Source of the DNA: Mobula hypostoma
Lineage: Eukaryota
Direction: 5' to 3'
Assembly (NCBI RefSeq): GCF_963921235.1
Contig: NC_086109.1
Span: 30,196,001-30,260,000 of the forward strand
DNA: 64,000 nucleotides
Positions 13,974-25,383 of the stretch are shown in pieces. A model generated the notes under the pieces. The model was not told where the DNA came from, searched no databases, and saw nothing but the letters and a program-made list of their open reading frames with translations. The stretch's first letter is position 1. Each line of letters opens with the position of its first letter. Both the position numbers and the translations under genes were made by a program.

Positions 13974-14819
13974 TTATGACATTAGTGGTCAAACACCTAG
14001 AGAGCTGGTGCAGGGATAACAACTTGATGCTTAATGTCACCAAAACCAAGGAGATGATCGTCGATTTCAGACGGTCTCAGCCTGAGCACACACTCCTCAG
14101 CATCAGCGGCTCTACAGTGGAGAGAGTGGAAAACATCAAGTTCCTTGGGGTGCAGATCTCGGACAATCTCACCTGGTCCAGGAACACCACTGGGATTGTG
14201 AAACGGGCCCAGCAGAGATTGCACTTTCTGAGGAAGTTTAAACAAGCATCACTCCCCAGTAACATCTTAACTACATTCTACAGAGGCGTGGTTGAGAGTG
14301 TGCTGACCTTTTGCATCACAACCTGGTACTCCAGCTGCAGTGCTGTCGACAAAAAAGCCTTGCAGAGGGTGGTTAGGGGAGAAGAGAAGGTTATTGGGGT
14401 CTCCCTACCTTCTGTCCAAGACCTCTTTCAGAGTCGATGCCTCCAGAAGACATGGTACATCATTAAAAGACCCCTCACACCCTCTCCATGAACTGTTTGT
14501 TTTTCTGCCATCAGGCAAATGTTACAGGAGCATCAAAACTAAAACCACAAGGCTACTAAACAGCTTCCTCCCACAGGCAGTCAGACTGCTAAATAGCTGC
14601 TCCACCTAACTCTGCTTTGGACACTTTTAACTTGCACTGGACACTTATAACTGATTTAACTGACATGTGGCTGTTGTGTTTTACTATTTATTGTTATGTT
14701 TATTATTTAGTGTTGCGTTTGTTATGTTATGATTGCACTGCCCCTGAGGAATGCTGTCTCATTCTGCCCTGCAGAGCTGATGTATGGTTAGAATGACAAT
14801 AAAGTTTTTTGAATCTTGA
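13974..14819 (+). mobile_element. 5'-truncated Rex1/Babar LINE (RT C-terminus and 3'UTR)
   Basis: WCRDNNLMLNVTKTKEMIVDFRR..KFLGVQI..KRAQQRLHFLRK and DPSHPLHELFVFLPSGKCYRS..NSFLPQAVRLLN. Tail gacaataaagttttttgaatcttga. Confidence 0.9.
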
Positions 14820-16359
14820 GATGTAGAGCATATTGAACAGTGAAGGGTTAGGTGTTACTCATATTGCTGATAAGTATTCTGATCATGTCAAAGGGGAGAT
14901 CTTTGTTGTAGTATCCTCTTCCTTTTGTGCTTTCTCCTCAACTCCCTTGAGGAAAGTGCAGTTACAAAATGGAAGCAAAGGCTTCACATCAGCATCATAC
15001 ACTAGTTTGCATTATAATCTCGCTACTCTGCATTCTGTAGTGGTAATTGGGCATGTATGCACACAACCCCTTTACCAGCATGGCATCGTGTTCACTTTCT
15101 GTCAGAGGTTTTCATAAAGTGAATGCTTCTCTAACAGTACGGGTGTCCCCCACTTTTCGAACGTTCGCTTTACGAAACCTCGCTGTTACGAAAGACCTAC
15201 ATTAGTTACATGTTTTTGCTAACAGAAGGTGTTTTCACTGTTACGAAAAAAGGCAGCGCGCGAAAAAAGCAGTGCGCGATAAAAGGCAGCGCGCACCCCG
15301 AACAGCCAAGCTCCTCCCCCGGAACTGCATTCTAGCCGGCATTGCTTAAACACATGCCTGTGAGCATCTGTGCTTTATCTTGATTTATTTTGAGCATTGG
15401 TTAGCAAGATGAGTTCTAAGGTATCAGAAAAGCCTAAAAGAGCTCATAAAGGTGTTACATTTAGCGTAAAACTAGAAATAATTAAGCATTTCGATCGTGG
15501 TGAATGAAGTAATGACAAAGTGAGTATGGCTTGTGGAAGTTGATGAAGATGATGTTGAAGAGGTTTTGGCATCCCATGACCAAGAACTGATAGATAAAGA
15601 GCTGATGCAATTGGAAGAGAAAAGGATAACAATGGAAACTGAATGCAGTAGCGAACAGACAGAAAGTGAAGTCGTCCAGGAACTGAACATGAAGCAACTG
15701 CGTGAGATTTTCGCTGCAATGATTGCAGAAAAGTACGACTTTAATTTTGAAAGGGCAGGTAGGCTTAGGACATATTTGCAGGATGGTTTGAGTGCTTACA
15801 AAGAACTGTATGATTGAAAAATGTGCGAGGCTAAGCAGTCAAGCATACTGTCGTTTTTCAAGCCTTCCCCATCAGCCACAGCAGACGACGAACCTTGACC
15901 TTCAACATCGAGGCAGACAGACATAGATGACCTGCCTGCCCTGATGGAAATAGATGACAATGAGATGACACCTCAGTGTCCCACCACTCCAACCTCCGGG
16001 CCGCAGACCGATACCGATCCGCGAACCATGCAGTGGTAGCTGGGACGCACCCAGCACATCTTTAAGAAAAAAAGCTGAAATAAACAAGCTAATTAATTAC
16101 ATGCTGCCTTATTTCGGCTTTTCTTCTTAAGTGAAGTAAGTGTTGAACGAACTTCCAGTAGAAGTGGTAGAGGCAGTTTCAATATTATCATTTAAAGAAA
16201 AATTGGATAGGTATATGGACAGGAAAGGAATGGAGGGTTGTGGGCTGAGTGCAGCTTGGTGGGACTAGGTGAGAGTAGCGTTCGGCATGGACTAGAAGGG
16301 CAGAGATGGCTGGTTTCCGTGCTCTAATTGTTATATGGTTATATAAGTCAATAGCATTA

Positions 16360-16890
16360 CAACATTTTAAGTAACATTTGGATATTAAACACACAGCACA
16401 TATTTTCCCCATATGAACATATAAAATCATTGCAACACACCAACATCGCTGAATCAGTGGGAGCCCTGGGGGCTTGTTTCCCTGCAACAAGACGGTCCCA
16501 TCGAGGGGTGATATGAGACAGTGATACTTGGAAGGGGGTTCCTTATGTCCAGTCTATTCTGCAATTTAGTTTTCGTTGCATTCATTGCAGAAAAATGTTG
16601 GAAGTAGAAGCAATGTTTTCAGTGCTTTCGTGGCTATCTCAGGATATTTAGCCTTGACTTTGATCCAGAATGCTGGCAGAGATGTTATGTCAAACACACT
16701 TTTCAGCCCGCTGTCATTTGCAAGCTGAAGGAGTTGATCTCCTTCCCGCGCTGACATGGATGACGCATGGGTAATGACCTCGCGTGCGTTCAAGCTCAAC
16801 AGTGAGTGTGACAGGGAATGAGGAAAGGTGCAGCTGACTCATACCGCCAAATCATATCGTTTCTTTGCGGCCCGGTACCGGTCCGGTTAC
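16360..16890 (-). mobile_element. hAT (Charlie/Buster-type) transposase 3' fragment inside the Tigger-derived element
   Basis: ORF 16566-16799 reads DQLLQLANDSGLKSVFDITSLPAFWIKVKAKYPEIATKALKTLLLLPT, the hAT C-terminal dimerisation region. A subterminal-type motif ggcccggtaccggtccg is at ~16870. Confidence 0.8.
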
Positions 16891-17026
16891 TGGAGAGAGT
16901 GTTTCTGCCGAGAGCGCTTGAATGAGATTTTCTGCCGAGAGCGCTTGCGTGAGATTTTCACTACGGTGGACAGTGCGGCAATGATTATAGAAAAGTATTT
17001 CTACTTTATATAGGCTGTGTATTTAT

Positions 17027-17837
17027 AGATAGATAGATAGATAGATAGACTTTATTAATCCCGAGGGAAATTTGGTTTTGTTACAGCCGCACCAACCAAG
17101 AATAGAGCGTAAATATAGCAATGCAAAAAACCCCAACCATCAAACACCAAAATGCAAACTATGCCAGATGGAAAATAAGTCCAGGACCAGTCTATTGGCT
17201 CAGGGTGTCTGACCCTCCACGGGAGGAGCTGCACGTTCGATGGCCACAGGCAGGAACGACATCCCGTGCCGCCAAGTGTTGTATCACGGTGGAATGTGGC
17301 CGAAGTCCAACAGTAAAAAGTTCAATATCCAGTCTGCAAACACGTTCCTCGATCGTATTATACCCTGGATTGCACCATCCGTTGCTAGCCAGAACAGTAA
17401 GCACCGAACTCCTTTACGCTTACCGCTCTCAGTGCACTTCCGGTCAGCCGGAACGTTATTACCCAACGAATTCCTCTTCTCCAAAAGTCTCTGTTGTCTC
17501 GACCCGGTCCTCTTTCCTCGGCTTTGTGATCCCCCTCTGTGTGGTTTCCTCCGGATTTCAGCAGGGGTGTCTACTGCTCCGTTTGCTAAGCCGGCCGGTC
17601 TTTGCTGGTCTGTGAAATACACAATGCAACCTTGCTTCTGTCCCATGTGTCGGGATGTAACCATTTCCAGCACTAAAGAAAACCCAAATAAAACTCTCTC
17701 TACCAGCATGTTAGAGAGGGTGCAGCTTCTACGTGTTACCGTGAGAAAAAAAAAACTAAAAATAACGTAAATTAAAAAGTAAGAAGAAGAAAGAAAGAAT
17801 AGATCGGAACGGCTGTACTAGGCTGCATGCACGACCG
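17027..17837 (-). mobile_element. Internally deleted non-autonomous Rex1 derivative (5' region + APE fragment + 3' end, (TCTA)n tail)
   Basis: Splits the host sequence gtgtatttat|catatcattcc, which is intact at ~23635-23655. Its 3' end matches the Rex1 at 28870-29080. Contains APE pieces ADRKCTESGKRKG and NGWCNPG..DIELFTVGLRP but no RT. Confidence 0.85.
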
Positions 17838-18054
17838 ATCATATCATTCCTGTTTTTACTATATGTTACTGTTATTTTAGGTTTTATGTGTTATTTGGCA
17901 TGATTTGGTAGGTTTTTTTTGGGTCTGCAAACGCTCATAAATTTTTTCCATATAAATAAGTGGTAATTGCTTCTTCACTTTACGACATTCCGGCTTACGA
18001 ACCATTTCGTAGGAACGCTCTACCTTCGGATGGAGGGGGAAACCTGTATTTTAA

Positions 18055-18876
18055 TAGATTCAATAGGTACATTTAATGTCAGAGAAACGTATACAATATA
18101 CATCCTGAATTTTTTTTTCCTTTGCAAACATCCACGAAAACAGAAGAGTGCCCCAAAGGATGAATGACAGTTAAACGTTAGAACCCCAAAGCCGCCCTCC
18201 CCTGTTCCCCTTCCTATGCACAAGCAGCACCGAAGCAACAACTCCCGTCCCCCACCGGGGGAAAAAAAAATCAGCACCCTCCACCAAGCACTCAAGCATG
18301 CAGCAAAACATCAATAAAGACACAGACTTGCAGTACTCCAAAGACTGCTCGTTCATCCGGTAATTCGACATACCAGAGGCGCTCTCTCTCCCTAATAAGG
18401 GAAAAAGTGGCGTCCCCGTTTCACAGCAAGAGGGGAGACATAACAAGCAACTCACTCATTTATGATGTTAAAAGTCTGTTGTGTCGCTTTTTCCAAGCTC
18501 TGCGCCCAGAGAGCTCAGGTCTCTGGACACACAGCCAGCAGCCAAACCGCTGCTCCCGATGTTCTGTGAAGCCTCAGTTAAGGGCACCAGCCTGGAATAA
18601 GCCCATCTCTGGACCTACGAAAATCCAGTACCCTGAAGGTGCACTAGTCTTCCAGGCTGCGTCCTTGGGATATCAAAAAGCGGCCGGTCGTGAGGCCCAG
18701 GGTGGGGGGGGGGGGGTGGTTCCCATTCCTGCAAATAACCAAAGTCAGAGTGTAACTCCAGGTCAGGGTCTTCAAAAAAACCATGAAAAGGGGGGAATAA
18801 AAGAGATATTAAAGATAGAAATAGAGCTGTTTCCCAAAATGCAAGCAAAGGTGTCGCCGTTTACTGCCATCTTGAC
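18055..18876 (-). mobile_element. ~820-bp non-coding non-autonomous retroelement with an AAGATGGC 5' end and LINE-like 3' tail
   Basis: The minus strand begins gtcaagatggcagtaaacggcgac and ends ...ctgacattaaatgtacctattgaatcta. GC-richer than its flanks. No tRNA head or coding signal seen. Confidence 0.6.
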
Positions 18877-19520
18877 TTTACTCCACCCTCCTTTTGAGCA
18901 TGAATTTGGATACACTATTTCATGATACAACTTCATATTGCTTTCTTGGTCCATGTGACAGTTCTAGCTTGACTTTATGACTGTAGCCTTGTTTATTTTG
19001 GATATGTTTGTGTCATAATAGTGTATGAATTCATACAGTGTAACTTATGTTCATGTTTATGATAAAACTGCATAATATAATAAAGTGGTCATCCAGTGAT
19101 TACAAAGTTTGTATATTCTAAATCTCTAAGTCTATATTTGCAGTGTAACTCTCTAACTAGGTCTATTTCTGTTTTTTAAACTAATGTAACTGTTAACCAC
19201 CATAGGACATTTGTTTTATCTAAAAATGAGTATAATATTTTTTAAGAAATCTTATCTCTCTCAGTTCCTTTGTATTTCTTATCACAGAATATAACTGGAC
19301 TTCACATGCTCATTGTTTCATGTTTTAATATTCTCAAATTAACTATTATCTTGAAGAAATTCATGCAGGTGTAATATGATTAAGTTAAATGTCAAGCCAA
19401 ATAAGATATTCTTAAAATTGAAGTAGGAGATGCTAAATCGATTCTGGGAGGAAATTCTAGAATATAATTCTCAGGTGTGTAGGATGAGCTAGGTTATGGC
19501 ACCATGAACTTTTCAGCAGA

Positions 19521-19976
19521 CACTTTTGCAAAATACTGTAGTGATTTTATGTGTTGTATTGTACTAATGACACATGAGCGATGATAAACCTGATTCTGGT
19601 ATAAGTCTCTAATTGTTGACTGAGAGTGGGAAGGGGGCAGGGAAAGGGGAATCATGTTTGGAAAAGGGGAAGGATCGTGAAGAACCAGAGAGACATTCTA
19701 TAATGATCAATAAACCAACTATTTTGAATTGAATAACTTTGCCTAGTGTCTCAGGGCTTGGTGTGTCCGTACCCAAAGCATCCCTATCCCTGGCACTCCT
19801 TCTCTGCCACCTGTCCCATACCTCTCCTACAGTGCTCCACCCTTGCCATTTCAATCATCCCATGCTCCCATCAGATTTACAAACTCACTCTCCACTCTAC
19901 ATTGACAAATACGGTACTGTACAAAAGTCCTAGTCTCATGTATAGCTAGGCTGCCTAAGACTTTTTCACAGTACTG
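19521..19976. mobile_element. Tc1-type TIR-derived composite; 65-bp TA-flanked mini-MITE at 19912-19976
   Basis: TA-cggtactgtacaaaagtcctag...ctaagactttttcacagtactg-TA inverted pair. A further TIR-like copy cttttgcaaaatactgta lies at 19523-40, followed by a LINE-type tail gataaacctgattctg. Confidence 0.65.
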
Positions 19977-20295
19977 TACATTTCAATGTTCATTGGGGGA
20001 GATTCTTTTCTCAGGACCTGGTAAAATGCAGTTTTTGTTTTCAGAAGAGATTTTTGCCAAAAGCCACTATATTTTGCCAGGTACAAATGGTGAACATTAC
20101 CATCTTCAGCAATGTACTTACATGTTGCCTAACTGTTCCTAAACTTCGATAGTGAGCATTTTACAACGTATTTACTGGATTGAGCTGATCATGCATTCAC
20201 AATATATCTAGCAAGTATCACAGGATAGAAATTAAAAACAAAGTTTTCATTTCATGGTTATTGAAGTTTACAGTATGTCATGATCCTACTAATAT

Positions 20296-21079
20296 TTCAA
20301 AATTCAAACAATATTTATCATCAAAGTATGTTTGCATGATACAGACCTGAGATATGTCTCCTTACAGGCAGCCGCAAAACAGGAAACCCAAAAGAACCCA
20401 TTAAAAAAAAAGACGAACACCCGATGTGCTGAGAGAGAGAAAAAAAATCATGCAAACAATAAAGTAAGCCAAAGGCATTAGAACTAGACACTAACCCTGG
20501 AGCAGGCCCATGGCTTCGGCCTCAGTGCTGCAAAGAGTAAATGATGCAGAGCAGTGAGCAGAACTGGCCCGACCTTTGCCAATGGTCCCAACGCCATGTC
20601 TTTTCAATTCACCTGGACTGGCGTTTAAATTGTCCAAACATCAGATTATTCTTCGCTCTAAGACCCAAGCCCTGTTGCATCAATACGCTTTGGGCCTGGA
20701 CCTTGCCTCCATGTTTTGGTCTGTACCCACCCTTTCCAAATTGGCACGGTGCTTAGATTGATCAAACCTCATTCTCAGTTTAGTTGGGTGAGCTCCAAAT
20801 CTACCTCTCCTCGGCCCTGACTTTGCTCCGCTCAGCACACACCAGCTCTATCTCAAACGTGCCCCGACCTCACTCCGACTCCATCTTGAACATGCCCCGA
20901 CCTCTCCTCGACTCACACCCTCTCTCTTTGACCCTCAATTCAGCTTTGACTTTGCTCACAGTGGTCATTTACCATATTTTTTTACCATAAAAGTGTTAGT
21001 AATAAAGTATTTACTTCTGTTTCTTGCTTTGGGAACTGCCAGTAACTTGTTGCCCGCCTTCTGCAGCACCATCTTAAAC
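20296..21079 (-). mobile_element. ~780-bp non-coding non-autonomous retroelement (AAGATGG 5' end, (TTTGAA)n-like tail)
   Basis: The minus strand starts gtttaagatggtgctgcag. Its 3' region is similar to 1424-1610 (ttcaaa...tatcaaa...caggcagcc). Confidence 0.55.
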
Positions 21080-21260
21080 TGGATTTCATTTGAATCAAGC
21101 TGGATGGACATGTACTTGAACCTGGAATCTATTGCTTGGTTAGCTCTGGCGTTAGCATGCTTGACTTAAAGAAAAAGCTATGAAGAAAAATATCTGAAGG
21201 TGTGTTTCATGCAACAATAGGACATTTATATAAAAATGAGCGTAATATTTTTCTCCACAG

Positions 21261-21388
21261 AGCAAGTCCACTTTCACTTCAGGAAATATGAGGTAGAATA
21301 CCTACAGTTCGCATTCCGTTGGATGAATAACTTGTTGATGCGGGAACTGCCACTCCGATGCACCATCCGTCTTTGGGACACCTATCAG
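21261..21388 (+). CDS. TBC1D22B: Internal coding exon of TBC1 domain family member 22B (Rab-GAP TBC domain, C-terminal part)
   Basis: Acceptor tttttctccacag|AG (phase 1) and donor CAG|gtaaat. Translates to (E)QVHFHFRKYEVEYLQFAFRWMNNLLMRELPLRCTIRLWDTYQ, the conserved TBC1D22/Gyp1 motif. FRxYEVEY and MRELP favour paralogue B over A (LDQHEVRY, MREVP) as I recall them. Confidence 0.93.
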
Positions 21389-22256
21389 GTAAATGTTGCA
21401 TCACTGCACTCTTAATACTTCCAGGATAGTCCAGTGTTAACACCTTTAATATATGCATAAATGCCTTTTAACGCAAGGCTGGATTTAAGGCAGCTTACAC
21501 TGGCTTAAACTATTGCCAGAGGGGAAAAAAACAATTGTAACAGCAATGATCTTAACATGTTCCATTGAGTGACTTTTACATACGTTAATCTGTAAAGTGA
21601 GATCATTTGAATGTTGTCCCAGATCTGATACGTCTGGTTCATTTATTTATGATCTGTTTCATCTTGAGTATTTTATCCTTGTGATATAAATATTAATAGA
21701 TGTAAGTTGGCCACCATAATTATTTCCCAGCTTAGTATACGAGATGGCAATATGAAACAGAGGTTAACAATGCACTACTTGTTGAAAAATAAGCTTAGCT
21801 GTAAGTCATAGTAAGTTTAGATTTTAGAAGTTTGCTTCGTCATACAGTTAAATCTTAACACAAACCTAACTTGAATAGAGCAACCAAACCTAAACTGAGC
21901 TAAGTACTTTTTTTCCCCCCGCATAAAGCACCTGAACTTAAAGCATTTGCAGACAAAAAGAAAGGGACTTGCATGGCCTATTGATTGCTTTTAACCAGAA
22001 GAGGATACATGCGCTCATGCTAAACAAGTTATGCTGAACTAAATTAAGTATTGAGCAGGGGTAGTATACACAACAGCCCAACCTGACCAAACGTTACAGT
22101 CAGGTCCAATTTAGCAGGGACCAGGTAGCAAGGTTTCAATGCTAAGTATATGCAATGAATGCGACTCTGATAAGTTTTCAAAAGACATGGATTATAAGTA
22201 ACCACTTCTGTGGAATAAAACCGTGCACTAATTGTATTTTGAAAACAAACTTTATA

Positions 22257-23850
22257 CAGATGTCCCCTGCTTTTCGAACGTTCGCTTTACGAAACCAAAC
22301 TGTTACGAAAGACCTACATTAGTACCCTATTTTCGCTTTCAGAAAGTGTTTTCACTGTACGAAAAAAAATTCAGCGCGCGATAAAAAGTCATCACGCGGA
22401 AAAACCAGCGCATGATAAAAGACAGCGCGCGCCCCGAGTAGCCGCTCTCCCCCGGATTTGGAACTGCTTTGCTTTAACACGTGCCTGTGAGCAGCCGTTT
22501 GCAAGATGAGTTCTGTGGTATCGGAAAAACCTGAAAGAGCTCGTAAGGGTGTTACACTTACGGTAAAACTAGACATAATTAAGCGTTTCGATCGTGGTGA
22601 ACGAAGAAAGGACAAAGTGAGTTTGTCTTGTGGAAGCTGACGAACATGATGTTGAAGAGGTTTTGGCATCCCATCACCAAGAACTGACAGATGAAGAGCT
22701 GATGCAATTGGAAGGAAAAAGGATAACAATCAAAACCGAATGAGTAATAATAAAGTATGACTTTAATTTTGAAAGGGTACGTCGGTTTAGGAGATATTTG
22801 CAGGATGGTTTAAGTCCTTATTAAAGAACGTATGATAGAAAAATGCGCGAGGCTCAGCAGTCAAGCAAGCCTTCCACATCAGCCACAGCAGACGACGAAC
22901 CTTGACCTTTGACATCGAGGCGGGCAGAGATAGAAGAAGGTGAGCTGCCTGCTCTAATGGAAGCAGGCAACAAGATGACACCCCAGTGTCCCACCACCCC
23001 AACCCCCAGGCCACGGACAGATACTGTACTGATTTGCGGAGAATGCAGCAGTAGCTGGGAGGCACACAGCACATCTTTAAGAAAAAGCCGAAGTAAACAT
23101 GCTAATTAATTAGGTGCCGCCGACACATAATTTTCGGCCCAGATCAGAGACGACGCAATCGGAAATCGGCACTGATCTGGGCCGACAATTAGGTGTTGGG
23201 CAGCACCTAATTAATTAGCTTGTTTAATTCAGCTTTTTTCTTAAAGATGTGCTGTGTACCTCCTGGCTACTGCTGCATTCCTGCATGCTTCGCGGCAATG
23301 TATCGCTCGGCGGCCTGGAGGATGGGGGCCACTGCATCACCCAACCTGCGACGACCCAGCCTAACACACCATCATCAGTGTGCTCGGTGCTGTCTGGATT
23401 CTGGTAAGTGATACTACACTGTACATACGTTATTTCTACTTTATATAGGCTGTGTATTTTTACATGTTATTTGGTATGATTTGGCAGCTTCATAGCTTAA
23501 AGGTTACTCGGGAGAGTGTTCTTGCCAACAGCGTTTGCGTGAGATTTTCTGCCAACGGTGCTTGTGTGAGATTTTCGCTATGGAGAACAGTTCAGTAATG
23601 ATTGTGGAAAAGTATTTCTACTTTATATAGGCTGTGTATTTATCATATCATTCCTGCTTTTACTAAATGTTACTGTTATTTTAGGTTTTATGTGTTATTT
23701 GGCATGATTTGGTAGGTTATTTTTGGGTCTGCGAATGTTCACAAAATATTTCCATATAAATAAATGGTAATTGCTTCTTCGCTTTACGACATTTCAGCTT
23801 ATGAACCATTTCATAGGAATGCTCTACCTTCAGATGGTAGGGGAAACCTG
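22257..23850 (+). mobile_element. Composite non-autonomous Tigger/pogo element (copy 2) with a central 240-bp palindrome
   Basis: TA flanks at 22255-56 and 23851-52. TIRs cagatgtcccc / ggggaaacctg. HTH remnant KGVTLTVKLDIIKRFDRGER. Inverted arms at 23041-23147 and 23172-23280. Confidence 0.88.
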
Positions 23851-23879
23851 TATTCAGTTTTTAAAACCTAACTCTTCAA

Positions 23880-24835
23880 GCTCCGTGCTCACCCTACCTT
23901 CCCACGCCTTAACAATGATAGAGTTCCTCTTTTCCTACCCACCACCCCATAAGCCTCCACATTTAACACATCATTTTCAGCAACTTCCGCCATCTCCAAA
24001 GGGATCCTACCACCAAATATACCCGCCCCCCCCCATCCACTTTCCACAGGGATTGCTCCCTCTGTGATTCCCTTGTCCATTCATCCCTCCCCACTAATAT
24101 CCTTCTTGGCACTTAACCCTGCAAGCAGCAGAAGTGCTACACCTTCCCATTCACTTCCTCCCACACCTCCATTCAGAGTCCCAAACAGTCCTTCCAGGTG
24201 AGGCAACACTTCACCAGTGAATCTCCTGGGGTTGTCTGTTGTGTCCGGTGCTCCCAATGAAGCCTACTCTACATTGCTAAGACCCTTCGTAAATTGGGGG
24301 ACCATTTCATCAAGCATCTCCATTCCATCCGTCAAAAGTGGAACTTCCCAGTGACCAAACATTTGTTTCGTCCATGGCCTCGTTTTGTGCCACAGTGAGG
24401 CCACCCTCAGGAGTGGAGGAGCAACACCATATATTCTATCTGGGTAGCTTCCAACCTGATAACATGAATTTTGATTTCTCCTTCTGGTAAAACAATTGTT
24501 TCCTCTCCCTTCCCTCTTTTTCTATTCCCCACTGTAGCCCCTTGCCTCTGCTCACCTCCCCTGGGTCCCCTCCTCTCCTTTCTCCCATGGTCCAGTCTCC
24601 TCTCCTATCAGATTCTTAGCTCTCCAGCCCTTTACCTTTTGCACCCACCTGGCTTCATCTATCACCTTCTAGCTCTCCTCCTTTTCTTCCCTCTTCCCCC
24701 ATCCTTTCCAGCCCTGAAGAAGGCCCAAAATGTCAACTGTTATTCACTTCCATAGATGCTGCCTGACCTGCTGAGTTCCTCCAGCATTTTGTGTGTGTGG
24801 CTTTGGATTTCCAGCATTTGCAGAATTTCTTGTGT
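23880..24835 (+). mobile_element. Penelope-like retroelement 3' part (decayed GIY-YIG endonuclease and pLTR)
   Basis: FQVRQHFTSESPGVVCCVRCSQ*SLLYIAKTLRKLGDHFIKHL at ~24193-24320 fits the PLE GIY-YIG consensus VY.I.C..C...YIG.T.R. A pyrimidine-rich UTR and the end motif gatgctgcctgacctgctgagttcctccagc follow. Confidence 0.85.
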
Positions 24836-25225
24836 CTATTCATGATAATGACCAGCTGCTGTAGGGGCTTTTTTTATAAATGCTGGATAGTCCCTTGATG
24901 TCTTTGTAGTAAATTAGAGACTGCAATGCTAGCATCTTTATATCATGTTCGCTGGCAGGTGCCTGTGATTCTGTTCTTGTTTTTTCTGTTTCTTCAGGCG
25001 CATCCGAGGTCAAATGCTGAAGTCCTGAATTTACTTCTCTATTAGTCTTTTTCAGTGCATGATGCATTTGCACTCTCCCATTGAGTCTGTGGATTGATGC
25101 CAGTTTTTTTGTGCTGAGGGATGAACTTGAAGTTGCATATAGCACAGGATTTAGTATCCTATTGCTTTCCATAGCTAAAAGGCTGCAGGGGAACAAGATA
25201 GAAGATAAAATCTTTTTTTAATTCT

Positions 25226-25383
25226 AAACACAAGAGACTCTGCAGATGCTGGAGGAACTCAGCAGGTCAAGCAGCATTGTGCTGAGAAATAAACAGCTGA
25301 TATTTTGGGTCGAGACACTTCATCTGGACATAATGTAATCATGATGAATGGTCTTTGCCCAAAACATTGACTGTTTATCTCTG
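25226..25383. mobile_element. Old fold-back PLE end insertion
   Basis: Degenerate inverted arms ataaacagctgatattttgggtcgagacacttcatc / gatgaatggtctttgcccaaaacattgactgtttat, preceded by the tail aaacacaagagactctgcagatgctgg. Confidence 0.65.

Larger units (their letters stand above)
15140..18046 (+). mobile_element. Composite non-autonomous Tigger/pogo element (copy 1) containing CR1 3', hAT and Rex1-derived segments
   Basis: TA flanks at 15138-39 and 18047-48. TIRs cgggtgtcccc / ggggaaacctg. HTH remnant VTFSVKLEIIKHFDRGE fused to an acidic Tigger C-terminal remnant (EVDEDDVEEVLASHDQELIDKEL). Colinear with 22257-23850. Confidence 0.85.
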
